Source of the DNA: Gracilinanus agilis
Taxonomy: Eukaryota
Length of the DNA stretch: 64,000 bases
NCBI RefSeq assembly: GCF_016433145.1
Contig: NC_058135.1
Location: 279,587,261-279,651,260 of the forward strand
Direction of reading: 5' to 3'
The position numbers and the translations under genes are program-made. Within the stretch, counting starts at the first letter, position 1, and every line of letters starts with the position of its first letter. Positions 12,071-23,655 of the stretch are shown here, one piece after another. The notes under the pieces were generated by a model. The model was not told the origin of the DNA. It saw nothing but the letters and a program-made list of their open reading frames with translations, and made no database searches.

Positions 12071-12261
12071 GATGTCATGCAAGAGTTCAGTCATTTATCT
12101 GCTACCAGAGAGAAACAAGTAAGGTTGTTATTTCACAGAGACCAGATATCAACTATGGGGAGACACCAATCTTTTATCAGTAGTAGAAACATGAGACTCA
12201 GTAAACAAGACACTCATGTTAGTCACTATTATTTCTTCTTTCTTATCTAGGAAATTTAATT

Positions 12262-12462
12262 TATTTTTTTCTTTTTCCCTTTTTTTCTAAACCCTTGACT
12301 TCTGTGTATTGGCTCCCAGGTGGAAGAGTGGTAAGGGTGGGCAATGGGGGTCAAGTGACTTGCCTAGGGTCACACAGCTGGGAAGTGTCTGAGGCTGGAT
12401 TTGAACCTAGGAACTCCAACTCTAGGCCTGACTCTCAATCCATTGAGCTACCCAGCTGCCCT
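12262..12462 (-). mobile_element. SINE1_Mdo-like element
   Basis: Full reverse SINE body with T-rich tail. Confidence 0.88.
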
Positions 12463-14304
12463 CAGAAAGACTTCTGACAAAATGCAACACTCATTCCTGT
12501 TAAAAATGCTTGAAAACATAGGTTTGTTTTTCCTTAGATTAATAAGAAATATATAGTAAAATCCATCAGCAAACAATATCTGTATTGGAAATAAATTAGA
12601 AACTTTCCCTATAAGAACAGTAGCAAAACAAGGATGCCCATTCTCATTGATATTATTTAATATTGTACTAGAAATAACAATAAGAGAAGAAAAAAGAAAT
12701 TAAAGGCATCATAATAGGCAAAGGTAATACAATTATCTCTTTTTGCATATGATATGACAATATACATAGAAAATCCTAGAGATTCAATTGAAAACTAATT
12801 GAAGTTATTAATATTTTTACCAAAGAAGCAGGACATAAAATGAACCCCGTAAGTCACTATTTCTATTTATATAATAGGATTACCTATGTCCTGTAAGAAG
12901 TGATAGTAAAAAACAACCCATATATCTTTCAAAAGAAATTCAGAAACTATATGAACATAATTAAAAATAATTTTATACAAAGTAATATATAAATAACTGG
13001 AGATATATCAATTATTCATGAATGGGCAGAGTCAATATAATTAAAATGACAATTCTACCTAAACTAAACTGAAATTTAAGGTATTTTTGTTGAACTAGAA
13101 AAAAATAAAAAAAAATTCACTTGGAAAAATGAAAGCAAAAGAAATAATGAAAAACATGTTGAGGAAGGAGGTGTAACAGCACCAGATTTCAAACTATATT
13201 ATAAAGTACCAATAATTCTGGCTAAGAAATAGAAAAGTAGATCAGTGGAATAGGATAGACAGATAACAAAGAGTTGTAAAACAATTATAGTAACTTTGTG
13301 TTTGTTAAAGATAAAGTTCCAAGTTTTTGAAACAAGAATTCACTGTTTGGTAAAAAATATTGGGAAAAATGGAAAGCAGTTTGTCATATAATAACATGAA
13401 TAAACAATGAAATAAACCAATATCTTATACTATTTGCCAAGATAAAATCAAAATGGATACATAACCCGGACATAAATGGATATACAAACAAATTAGACAA
13501 ATAGTAAATATATTAACTAACAGATTTATGGTTAGGAGAATTTATGAATAAACAAGAGATAAAAAGCATTGTGAAATATAAAATTGACAATTTTGAAGAC
13601 ATCAAATTAATGCTTATGTCAATAAAATTGTGAAAGAACAGAGCAATGAGTTGGGGATATAATAAATAATACTAAAGTAGCCAAGATTATAAGGAAAGAA
13701 ATGTGTAAAAAATTAATAGACAGTTTCTCAGATAGAGGTCTCATTGCTAAAATATATAGAGAATTTTGTCAAATATATCAGAATATGAACCATTTCCAAA
13801 ATGATAAAAAGTCAAAAGATATGAACAGATAATTTTTGGATAAAGAAATCACAACTGTATAAAAGTGCTTTTAAAGATGCTCTAAATCATTATTGATTAG
13901 AAAAATGTAAATCAAAACAACTCTGTGAGATCATTTCACAAATATCAGATTCACTAAAATGATTAAAGGACAAAATGACAAATATTGGAGGGGATGTGGA
14001 AAACTAATGACACATACATTATGGGTGGAACAGTGAACTAATTTAACATTTTGAAGAACAACTTAGAATCATACTCAAAGAGATACAAAGCTGTGTATAC
14101 CTTTAAATTCAGTAATACTACCATTAGGTTTATTTTTCTAAGGTGATTGAGGAAAATAAACTATATGTTCTAAACATTTGTAGCAATTCTTTTTGTGGGG
14201 GCAATGAAGTAGAATTTAAAGGAATATCCAGCATTTAGGGAATGGCAGAACAAGTAGTGGTATATGTGGAATGCTATCATGCCATAAGAAATGACAAATG
14301 AATC
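12463..14304 (+). mobile_element. Old L1 ORF2 fragment (RT to C-terminal region), degenerate
   Basis: L1 hallmarks: gacaaaatgcaacactcattcctg, caaggatgcccattctc, tatagaaaatcctagaga, gatcagtggaatagg, ggaggggatgtggaaa; many stops. Confidence 0.88.
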
Positions 14305-15110
14305 TGATTGAAATATAAAGGTTAAATTTAGTGGTTGGACTTAAATTTTATGAAATAATGTGGTTGCAAGTCAGAAGTTTATTTACAAAATAGAGTGGAA
14401 ACAATAAAGTAGAGAAATGTGAGAGAAGTTAGAGAAAATTCCTATACTAGTCCTCAGCCATGAGGGCTGGTAATAAGTAACTATGAGGCCTCCTCCAAGA
14501 TGGAAGCTAGTCTCTTAGGAAACTAGGAAAGTAGTCAGCCCTTTTCACTCACTGAACAAAGTAGTCAAAGAGTCAGAATCTAAGTTGAAGCCAGGATCCA
14601 AGTGAAATTTCCTCAAAGATAACTCCAGGAGACACTCTCCACTAGGCTCATCTTCACTGTCTCTTTCCCTCTTTCACAGAGGCCAGTCACAGCCTCCAAA
14701 TTGTCCAGCACTGCCCAGGGACAGTGTCTGTGGAATTGACTTCTCTTCTCTAAAGGTGTTAATTGGCCTAGGATTCACACGTTTCTGAATGTGTGAACTC
14801 CCAAAAGAATTCAAAAGTCTCTGGCTGTTTGAAAAAAGGGTGGAGCTCTCCAAGCATCTTACTGGCCTCCCATCCAGCACCAAGCAGGGTGTGAATTTAC
14901 CAAGTGGCTCTCAGAGCTCCTCCATCTATTTCAATCTTGTGTCAATTTAAACAAAAGGTAGACAAAGGAGAGTTAATCCTGTCCTCCCAATCTAGTGAGG
15001 TACTAAGTAGGGATACTCAATAACTTGTTATTGTTATCCAAAGCTTTAACTCAAACTTGGCAAAGAGAACAAAGCATTCCTTTTTCACAAATATAAACTT
15101 AGAATAGACA
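14305..15110 (-). mobile_element. Solo LTR inserted in the old L1 (right end uncertain, near the gap)
   Basis: Starts with TG at 14305; reverse AATAAA (tttatt) near 14379; composition breaks from the surrounding L1. Confidence 0.6.
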
Positions 15111-15263
15111 NNNNNNNNNNNNNNNNNNNNNNNNNNNNNNNNNNNNNNNNNNNNNNNNNNNNNNNNNNNNNNNNNNNNNNNNNNNNNNNNNNNNNNNNNN
15201 NNNNNNNNNNNNNNNNNNNNNNNNNNNNNNNNNNNNNNNNNNNNNNNNNNNNNNNNNNNNNNN
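15111..15263. other. Assembly gap (N run)
   Basis: 153 N bases. Confidence 1.
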
Positions 15264-15278
15264 AGAGAACATTGTACA

Positions 15279-15447
15279 GGGGGCAGCTGGGTAGCTCAGT
15301 GGAGTGAGAGTCAGGCCTAGAGACAGGAGGTCCTAGGTTCAAACCCGACCTCAGCCACTTCCCAGCTGTGTGACCCTGGGCAAGTCACTTGACCCCCATT
15401 GTCCACCCTTACCAATCTTCCACCTATAAGTCAATACACCGAAGTAC

Positions 15448-15481
<34 letters not shown>
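15279..15481 (+). mobile_element. Young SINE1_Mdo-like element with long poly(A) and 15-bp TSD
   Basis: TSD agagaacattgtaca at 15264-15278 and 15482-15496. Confidence 0.93.
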
Positions 15482-15487
<6 letters not shown>

Positions 15488-15870
15488 CATTGTACACAGT
15501 AAGAACAATAATGAATGATGATCAATTGTGAATGACTTAACTGTTTCAGTAAGGCAAGGATCCAGGACACCTAAAGGGAACTCATGATGAAGGATATTCA
15601 TAGCCATTGAATGAACAGATAGGGGGATACTTACCATTCTACCATTCTTCACTTTATTTCCTCCATGAACTTTTCTCTGGTATAAGTAATATGTATCTTG
15701 TTTCACAACATAATAAACAGGGAAATATGTATTATATGATAATATGTATACAGTGTATATAGTAAAACCTGCCTTCTTTGGGAGGGAGAAGATGTGGGAA
15801 AGAAAAAAAAAAGAATGAGATATAGATTTTTGGACATAACTAATATGTTTCTTTTGGATAAGAATATTAT
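15482..15870 (+). mobile_element. Old L1 3' UTR (continuation of 12463-14304)
   Basis: agagaacattgtacacag...gatccaggac...gaactcatgatgaa pattern, also seen at 44260-44400 and 61540-61680. Confidence 0.75.
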
Positions 15871-15876
15871 TATAAT

Positions 15877-16350
15877 TATTAACCTGGGAAAAACACAGAA
15901 CTATTAAAGTAGTCAGAAAAAACAAATCTTTAATCAGGAAAGAGATAGTGTTCAATATTCAGCCATTACATAGAGTCAAGCACCTAAAAACTACACAGAG
16001 CCAAACATTAACCCATATCTTTTTCTTGGTACTCTAAGTTAAACTTTGGATATTAAAACAGAATTTTGATACTAAGTTTTAAATACCCAATTCTCTGATT
16101 TAATTAGGTTGCAATTCACCCCACCCTAAGATTGAATTAAGAACAAACAAAACCTGTTGTTTATCTATCAATAAGCTACTTAAGGTGTGGGCACCTTAAA
16201 GACCACCTCCTGGTCTCTGGAAGTATGAAGAATTTTGTGTCTTGCCCCTCATGACTTCCTGGCATTCCAAAGACCTGCCTTTGATCCAGATGGAGGTCAT
16301 TGTCCGCAATATGAAAGCTACTCAGAAAAGTGACATCACAAGGAGCATAA
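15877..16350 (-). mobile_element. LTR (related at its U5/R end to 16716-17348); right boundary uncertain
   Basis: 15877-16005 aligns with 16716-16850 (cagaactatt...tagtcagaaaaa...ctttaatcag...gatagtgttcaatat...cacagagccaaa). Confidence 0.5.
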
Positions 16351-16383
16351 AATTGGACTGGGGAAAGGAAATAGATCTCTTTT

Positions 16384-16523
16384 TTTTGCTTTTTTTTTAG
16401 GCAATGGGGGTCAAATGACTTGCCCAGGGTCACACAGCTGGGAAGTGTCTGAGGCCAGATTTGAACCTAGGACCTCCTGTGTCTAGGTCTGGCTCTCAAT
16501 CCACTGAGCCACCTAGCTGCCCC
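16384..16523 (-). mobile_element. Short SINE (Mar1/SINE1 type, ending at gccta-A tail) with 15-bp TSD
   Basis: TSD aaatagatctctttt at 16369-16383 and 16525-16539. Confidence 0.88.
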
Positions 16524-16629
16524 AAAATAGATCTCTTTTGCATCAGTACCATGGAAAAAGGATATGGCTAGTAGAGGTTGGTATGTCTGCAGGTGTGGCC
16601 ATGTGACTAGCTCTGGGGGAGGCAGCAAC

Positions 16630-17842
16630 AAGAGGGGTAGCAAAGGTGAGAACAGGCAAAAGGTTGGACTTGGGTTTGAATTTTGCCCCAACCTCTTCCT
16701 GGGCAAGTTTAACTCTGTTAACTTGGGGGAAAAATACTACAGAACTATTATATAGTCAGAAAAATCAAGTCTTTAATCAGTAGAGGGATAGTGTTCAATA
16801 TCTAGGCCTCCACACAGAATCATGGGCCCAAAACCACACAGAGCCAAAGGCCCTAGCACTCTGGTACAGTGTCCCTGGGAGTATCACTGTGCAAGATGAT
16901 AGCTTTGAGAAACAATAGAATTTGGGGAATTTATACACCTTTTGGGGAACCGAGGACAGGGAAATATGATTGATTGACATTACCATGGCTATACTGACAA
17001 GATACAATCATGTCTGGGAAAGACAGAATAGCCTGAGGCTAGGGTGCAAGGGAGTGACTACCTACAATGGATTTTAAAGGGAAATACCAAGACAAGGATT
17101 GAGCTACCTAGGAAAGGGACTTTGACACAATGGGAGAAACTACCAGGACAAAAGGGTACTTAACATGTGATTTAGATCTGCTAGCTCCAATGAACTAGGG
17201 CCATTAAGTATCTAAGGTCTATTGTAAGTCTGAAACTCTGAGTCTGAGATCTTCCTCTGGGAGAAACTCTCATGTGACAAGGTCAAATTTGGGGGTCCTC
17301 AGATCTCAAGTTGCTCCAAACTAGGGGTTACAAGATTTTAAATTGACAACTCTCTCTCTGGAAATAATATAATAGCTATAGAGTCTTCCTGATGTGATCA
17401 TCTTGAGGCTCAAATGAGATAATGGATGCACAACACTTTGTGAACTGTGAAAGTGTATTTAGATGTGAGCTGTTCTATTCTTTGTATTTTCTCCATAATT
17501 TTACATTATCTACACAGAGAATGTACTTAATTAGTGTTTGTTGATTTAGTAATATTTAATTAGCAACAGAGTTCTGCCTTGATCTACTTCAAAATATCCC
17601 CAGGAGATATCCCTTAAATTTCTACAAAGAAATCAACTGAAAAAGCAGCAAGCAAAATAGACAATATTAATTTGTGTTTATAGAACACTTTAAAGTTTGC
17701 AAAACAATTTTATACATGTTAATTCATATAAGTCTCACAACCTTCTGAAGTGGATGCCATGGGTTTTAATGTTCCATTTAACAACTGCAGAAAATGAGGC
17801 TCAGAGATTCAAGTATCTTAAAATAATCACAAAGAAAGCAAG
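16630..17842. repeat. Paralogous intronic segment (MIR+L2+MIR mosaic) matching about 25005-25598
   Basis: Collinear motifs: tttgaattttgcccca, actttg(t/c)gaactgt, tagatgtgagctgtt, ttctgccttgat, ccatttaacaact, caaagaaagca. Confidence 0.8.
16716..17348 (-). mobile_element. Solo LTR (ERV1/gamma-like) with 4-bp TSD, inside a MIR
   Basis: TG at 16716, CA at 17347-48; TSD actc at 16712-16715 and 17349-17352; reverse ATTAAA near 16772; absent from the paralogous segment at about 25060. Confidence 0.8.
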
Positions 17843-18034
17843 TATCATACATAATATTTGGAGGACAGAATATTGATAGCCTTGAAATATAGAATATCTG
17901 CTAAAATGGGGGTCAGAGAGCTGAAAAGCTGTCTCAAGTCCTCATTGGCAGAGGATGGGCTAACTATAATATTTGAACTTGATATTGTACTTGATATTGT
18001 AATGGTAACTTGAAGATAACTGGATAGATGAAGA

Positions 18035-19012
18035 TCAGCTGGAGTGAGATACATGGTGACCAGTAGGGAAAAGTAGAGATGTGATGCCTAGGAAGGATGA
18101 GCTGATGCTTTTCTGGAAAGCATTTTTGACTTCCTTGTTTCTTAAAGTGTAGACCAGAGGATTCAACATTGGAATGACCATGGTATAGAACACGGATGCC
18201 ATTTTGTCTGTGTCCATGGAATGACTAGAGCTGGGTTGTAGGTACATGAAGATGATTGTCCCATAGAATATTGATACTGCTGTGAGGTGGGAAGCACAGG
18301 TAGAAAAGGCTTTCTTCCGGCCCTCAACAGAACGGATTCTCAGAATGGCAATGAGGACAAACAGGTAAGAGGTAAAGATGACCATGAGGGCAAAAGAGAT
18401 ATTGAATCCCCCTAATATAAAGAGCACCCATTCATTAATGTGGATATCAGAGCAGGAGAGAGCTAGGAGAGGAGGAATGTCACAAAAAAAGTGATGGATT
18501 ATATTGGAACTACAGAAGGAGAGGCTAAAGGTATCCCCTACACTCACAGAGGAGGTCAGAAATCCACATATGTAGGAACCAACAGCTAGACGTATACACA
18601 CACCTGATGTCATTGTCATGGTATAATATAGAGGCTTGCACACAGCCACATGACGATCGTAGGCCATGGATGCCAGGAAAAAACTTTCCACAGTGGTAAA
18701 TGTTGCAAAGAAGAACAGTTGTGCGGCACATCCATTGTAGGTGATGACCTTGTCTCCTGTGAGGAGCCCAGCCATTACTTTGGGAGTAACAGCTGAGGAG
18801 TAACCAAAATCCACCAAAGAGAGGTTGCAGAGGAAAAAGTACATGGGGGTGTGGAGATGGGAGTCCCAGAAAATCAGTGCTACCATCCCCAGGTTCCCCA
18901 CCAGTGTGATAATGTAGATGAGGGTAAATATTAAAAAGAGAGGGATCTGAAGCTCTGGGGCATCTGTTAGGCCCAGAAAAATGAACTCATTAACCTCTGA
19001 GTCATTCTCCAT
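18035..19012 (-). CDS. OR5B12-like: Olfactory receptor OR5B12-like, 325 aa, intact
   Basis: [66 protein letters not shown]; sequon NDS. Confidence 0.96.
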   Translation of the reverse strand: MENDSEVNEFIFLGLTDAPELQIPLFLIFTLIYIITLVGNLGMVALIFWDSHLHTPMYFFLCNLSLVDFGYSSAVTPKVMAGLLTGDKVITYNGCAAQLFFFATFTTVESFFLASMAYDRHVAVCKPLYYTMTMTSGVCIRLAVGSYICGFLTSSVSVGDTFSLSFCSSNIIHHFFCDIPPLLALSCSDIHINEWVLFILGGFNISFALMVIFTSYLFVLIAILRIRSVEGRKKAFSTCASHLTAVSIFYGTIIFMYLQPSSSHSMDTDKMASVFYTMVIPMLNPLVYTLRNKEVKNAFQKSISSSFLGITSLLFPTGHHVSHSS

Positions 19013-19060
19013 GGATTCTACTCTGAACGGTGCTCATTTCCCTGAAAGAAAGAAACCATC
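19002..19060 (-). promoter_or_regulatory. Splice acceptor plus overlapping 11-codon uORF (ATG at 19037, TGA at 19002-19004)
   Basis: tttctttctttcag|ggaaATG; CAG at 19044-19042. Confidence 0.7.
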
Positions 19061-19711
19061 AGAACAATGAACTCAGGCCTATAAGGGACTCAGACTTAAA
19101 AAATGACCAGATCTATCTTTTCTGATTTATGGAAATACAGTTGGGAGGGAAGAGGAGAACCTAAATGATTTTCCTGGAAATGGTTGTAAGATTTTTCATC
19201 TCTTTGATCCTAGATTCCTCTTAGGAGAGAGACCCTTTCCAGCTGTTTTTATTTTTTATTTTTTATTCACTGATGTATAATCATCCTATACCTATTGCCA
19301 CTCAGGCAGAAGGAAACTCATGTTGTAATGATTCAAAGAGGGCTGTGTCATTGAAGAGAATGGCACAGTCAAAGTCTTATTCACACTGATTAATAAAAGA
19401 AAAACAGATGAAAGGTGAAAAATAATAGTGGGAAGAAAAGAGAAGAAAGACAAAAACACAAAAGGCAAGAGAGAATCAAGAGGGCAGATGCCAATGACAC
19501 TTTTACTAGGTCAGAGACAAATGCATTTAAGGCCTGCAAGAATAAATGGGGCCTATGGAGGTAAATGAGGTCATCAGACACTGGGTAGGAACACCTCCTT
19601 GCAAAGTTCAGTTGCAGAGTTATGAAATTCAAGTCAATGAAAACATTCACAGAATGATTTGACAATAAAAGCTTTGATTCTGTGTTCTTTACATTACATC
19701 CTCACATGTTT

Positions 19712-19827
19712 TCTTTTATTGTTTTTAAACCATTACCTTCCTCCTTAGAACCAATATTGGCTCCAAGGCAGAAGAGTGGTAAGGGTTAGGCAATGGGGAT
19801 TAAGTGACTTGCCCAAGGTCACACAGT
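19712..19827 (-). mobile_element. 5'-truncated SINE1_Mdo-like element with 10-bp TSD
   Basis: TSD tcacatgttt at 19702-19711 and 19828-19837. Confidence 0.8.
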
Positions 19828-19959
19828 TCACATGTTTCAATACTTCATAATGAAAACAATGGAATCAGAAGGGAGCCTCATACAAGAATGATGGTCATTT
19901 TGATGTTTTATTTATTTGAAAGGATGCTAGTTCACCAAATACCCTTATCTACATCTATA

Positions 19960-20065
19960 TAGATATTACATATCTATATTTAGCACAAATATAGATATTA
20001 TATATATACACAAATTGTGTATGTGTATATATACATACATACATACATACATACATACACACATG
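19960..20065. repeat. (TA)n/(TACA)n simple repeat
   Basis: Direct reading. Confidence 0.85.
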
Positions 20066-20459
20066 CATAAACATCAATTAGGTAGTTCAGTAATTACAGA
20101 TAGTGTCATTCCATGAGCCCAGTACAGGACTCATCCTCATTTTCCTTTGTCTCCATACTCATCCTTCCATGTAAAACTTTCCTCTAGTCTGCCTCTAGTG
20201 TACTCACTGATTAGCTTCCTTATAGTGTTATTGAAGTGTCTTTAAGAAAGCCCTTGTTGACTATAATAACTGCTTCAAAGTACAAAAGTAGTGGTGGTAG
20301 TTCTGCTCCTATATCCGCTAATTTGGGGATGCATTGATTCAGTTACCCACAGTTAACAAGCAATATTGGTTTATATCTATATTTTCAGCCATTCATGGGA
20401 GGTCTTGTTGTATATCTCCCACAGATATGGGCCTTAATAAATTTGGAAATCCACTGGAA

Positions 20460-20745
20460 GGTTCTCTCTGTATCTCTGCCTATGTCTCTGTTTCTCTGTC
20501 CCTATCTCTGTCTCCATCTCTGCCTCTATTTCTCTCTCTCTCTATCTGTATCTCTCTGTCTCTCTGTCTCTTTCTCTATCTCTTTCTCTGTCTCTCTGTC
20601 TCTGTCTCTCTCTGTCTCTCTATCCTTATCTCTGCCTCTGGTTTTCTTTCTGTCTTTCTCTGTGTGTCTCTCTCTGTATCTCTCTGTCTCTGTCTCTGTC
20701 TGTCTCTGTCTGTCTCTCTGTCTGTCTCTTTTTTTCTCTCCATCT
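20460..20745. repeat. CT/CTGT-rich simple repeat
   Basis: Direct reading; explains the low-complexity ORFs at 20334-20821. Confidence 0.9.
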
Positions 20746-21460
20746 CATGAAGTCTTGATATCTTAAAGATAGTTTCATTCTTTAAAGAAAGCAACATGGA
20801 GAAACTGGATTTTCTTATCAATGGTGAGAAACTGGGAACAAAGGGACATAAGGAGATCCAGAATTGTTAGTGATATACTCATATTGGGGCTTCAGAAGTA
20901 ATTGCAGAGTATTTAATTTTTGAATCTTTGAAAGATTGGTTAAAAGGATAGATTAGGTGAGTACTATTGATAAAGTCTATCTAAAATTTATTTGAAAATT
21001 TGATTGTCTCTCATGAGAATCTTTAAGAGATGTACAAAGTTTTATGAGATAACATAACTAGAAGGATTTTGCAACAATTAAACTGCAAAAGCCAAAGCTG
21101 AAGCATTAATGGTTAAATTTTAACTTGCAAAAAAGTTTTTCTATCAAGTCTCCCCAGTACTTGCCATTTTTCAATGAAGTACTGCCCCAGTGTCAATGGC
21201 TGGCATAGCTGCTAAGTCAATATGGAAATTCTCTTTTCTGGATCCCAATTTGCTCTTTTGCAAAAGCCAAAGGATAAAATTTGGAAACCTCCTAAAAAAG
21301 AGAGAATTAAGAATAACAACATATTTGTTCTGGGATTTTCTTTACATATCAACAACAACCACTAAAAATGTTAAAAATAGAATATAGCCAGCTTTAAGAC
21401 AAGACTTATAGACTTAAATAGACAATCATTAGAATCAATCCATTACATTTAAGTCCAGAT

Positions 21461-21684
21461 CAGCACTGGTGAAGGTTTTCAAGTACATGTGCCCAAACTG
21501 CAACTTCAAAGGCCTGTGAGCCCCCAACATTACCCCAGAGAGGCTTGCTTTGGTGGCTGATCAGAGAGGCAGGGCATGCAAAAAATATCCTCCAGGGCTG
21601 GGAAGAGGGGGAGTAGAGCAGCCTCCCCAATATTCTCCCTATCCCCAACAGTTGGGCATGCACACCAATTCTTTGCCAATGCTG
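21461..21684. mobile_element. Short hAT MITE (224 bp), related TIR type to 4330-4811
   Basis: TIRs cagcactggtgaa / tttgccaatgctg (10/13); 8-bp flanks gtccagat / gcctagat. Confidence 0.7.
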
Positions 21685-23178
21685 GCCTAGATTGCTGCAA
21701 CATTTTAACTGATGTATAAGTAGCCATATCTCAGGCCCTTCTGGGCATACAGGGAAGCCAATATAGTTGTCTTTCTCCACAGGAACCCCTCAGTCATTGG
21801 CTAAACTAAGTATTTTGCTTTCTTTTTCTTTTTTTCATACAGATTATTAATGAAAATAAGCCTTATTGCATCAAGTATTAAATACATACAAAGATGCACA
21901 TAACAGTTTTAGTAATTTATCTAGATTAAAAAAAATCATTCCATGGCAAACTCACATCTGAAAATACAATCTCCATCTGTAAAGTGATTACCTGGGTTCT
22001 TGATTTTTCATTAGGATGATCAGTCCTCTGTAATTATAAATCATTCATTTTAAATGGACTTCAAAGCACAGTCATGTAAATGGACACACACCGAAGAACA
22101 AACAAACCAAAAACAAACAAACAAACTCTTATTTTTTAAAGCAGGGTCTCTATCTTGTAGCCCTAACTGGAAGATAACCAAACTGTTGGGTGTAACACAT
22201 ACTTGGCTTTAACTCCAGAAAAAATCCACAAGAATTATTGAAGATTCTGGAAAGAGAGCAAAGAATGACAATTTGGATGATGGTTTAAGTGTATTCAAAG
22301 GAAGAAAATCAAGGATTTGGGTAGTTTAGCAGAACAGTAAACTATAGTTGCAGGAATATAAGCAGAATGTTCTACATGCATTTTCTGGTTCTTAATAGTT
22401 AAAATCAAAGTAACCTAGGTTATTCTTAACTATCCATAATGCAAATCTTAACTACAAAGTTGTCTTTTTTCCTATTCTTGGACTGTGTGGTAAGGATAGG
22501 AGGAAAAAAGGGGAAAGAACTCAAACTTTTTGAATGTTCAAAATAAGGGATTCATATGAATGTTTTGAAAGTTACCACAGTAATAAGTGTGTGTAATAAG
22601 TACTAAGTACTAAGTAATAAAGAAATGGAAAACTTTGGGAGTGAAGTGAGAGGTTAGGATCTTGAAATTCTCTTCTTGCTCTGTCAAACATTCCTGGAAT
22701 AATCCCCAAACATGAGTGATGCCTCCTTTTAGCTTCTCCATGGTGCTTTTGCTCCTTCAGTATGTGGGTCTGATTTCTTTCCCTAGCTTTTTGATGATAG
22801 TCAGAAGTTCTGCATATTTTCTTTGAGGCACCTGACTGTTCTCTGTAACCTGGGTGTAGCCTAAAAATGGTGGTCAATAATCCCTGATCATCTGTTGGTA
22901 TTGGCTGGATGCTACCATGCTAGCAGAAGGAGAATGGGCAACCCCAGTTGGGGTGGAAAACCTGCTCAGCAAATGGACCTTCAAGTTGGGTTTATAAGCT
23001 TGCTTGGGGAGGCAAGTGACTCCACAATCTGCAGGTCCAGCCTAGGATGCTGGTTAGACAATTTTCCAAAGTACACTGCACAAGGAATCATAAGAACTGG
23101 TTTCCAATCCAAGTTTCATCACTAATATTTTGCTTATTTTGAAGATGGTCAGTTAAACCCTCGTCTGATCTTATTTTT

Positions 23179-23358
23179 TTTCTTAAACCATTAACTTCTG
23201 TGTATTGGCTCCAAGGCAGAAGAGTGGTAAGGGTGGGCCATGGGGGTCAAGTGACTTGCCCAGGGTCACACAGCTGGGAAGTGTCTGAGGTTGGATTTGA
23301 ACCTAGGACCTCCTGTCTCTAGGCCTGGCTCTCAATCCATTGAGCTACTCAGCTGCCA
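23179..23358 (-). mobile_element. SINE1_Mdo-like element with 17-bp TSD
   Basis: TSD cgtctgatcttattttt at 23162-23178 and 23359-23375. Confidence 0.92.
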
Positions 23359-23384
23359 CGTCTGATCTTATTTTTAAAACAGCA

Positions 23385-23655
23385 ATGGAGGTGTAGAAAC
23401 ACAGAAGAAAAATAATTACTTGATCACATGAGTCGATGGGGATATGATTGGGCATGTAGACTCTGAATAATCATCCTAGTGCAAATATAAATAATATAGA
23501 AATGGGTCTTGATCAATGATACATTTAAAACCCAATGGAATTGTGCATGGCTATGGGGGGGTAGGGGGAGGAAGATGGGAGAGAAAGAACATGAGTCATA
23601 TAACCACAGAAAAATTTTCTTAATCAATTAAATAAAATTTAAAAAATTAAAAAAT
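23385..23655 (+). mobile_element. 5'-truncated L1 3' end
   Basis: agaaacacagaagaaaa...gtcttgatcaatgatac...A-rich tail; flanks share taaaacag. Confidence 0.85.

Larger units (their letters stand above)
9373..12078 (-). pseudogene. OR5B-like olfactory receptor pseudogene, split by four insertions
   Basis: After removing the inserts it reads MTSMENNMKEKKFIF...GNLKMVVLIF*DFHLHVPMNFFLSS...LPKVI...ATVEN*LLASMTYHNHVAM*KSLHY (stops at 11571-73, 11385-87, 11343-45), then HHSFNDILP (about 10950-10990), ...ILEIPSIVG*QKS (10650-10790), [10 protein letters not shown] (9505-9535) and MVIPLLNPLV (about 9425-9460). Confidence 0.9.

Noticed and set aside
15431-15955. 174-aa minus-strand ORF
   Set aside because: Antisense read-through of an LTR end, L1 3' UTR and SINE poly(A) tail; no domain.
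16240-16290. ccaaagacctgcc resembling the block A donor (possible pseudogene first exon)
   Set aside because: Only a short match with a GC instead of GT, no downstream O/E or TAAT anchors, and probably within an LTR.
17845-18054. 69-aa ORF overlapping the end of gene 2
   Set aside because: No recognisable motif; length expected by chance; possibly decayed L2 sequence.
18525-18731. 68-aa same-strand ORF inside gene 2
   Set aside because: Alternative frame of the OR CDS with no independent evidence.
20334-20821. ORFs of 81-138 aa rich in S/L/C or R/E/T
   Set aside because: Translations of a CT/GA simple repeat; the same applies to 43582-44027 and 39543-39734.
22120-22180. Possible 7SL-derived fragment (gcagggtctctatcttgtagccc...ctggaag)
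   Set aside because: Too short and diverged to call without a search.
22500-23160. Unassigned non-repeat-looking stretch between gene 2 and block B
   Set aside because: No ORF, TIR, TSD or paralogous match that I could support; could be an old repeat.
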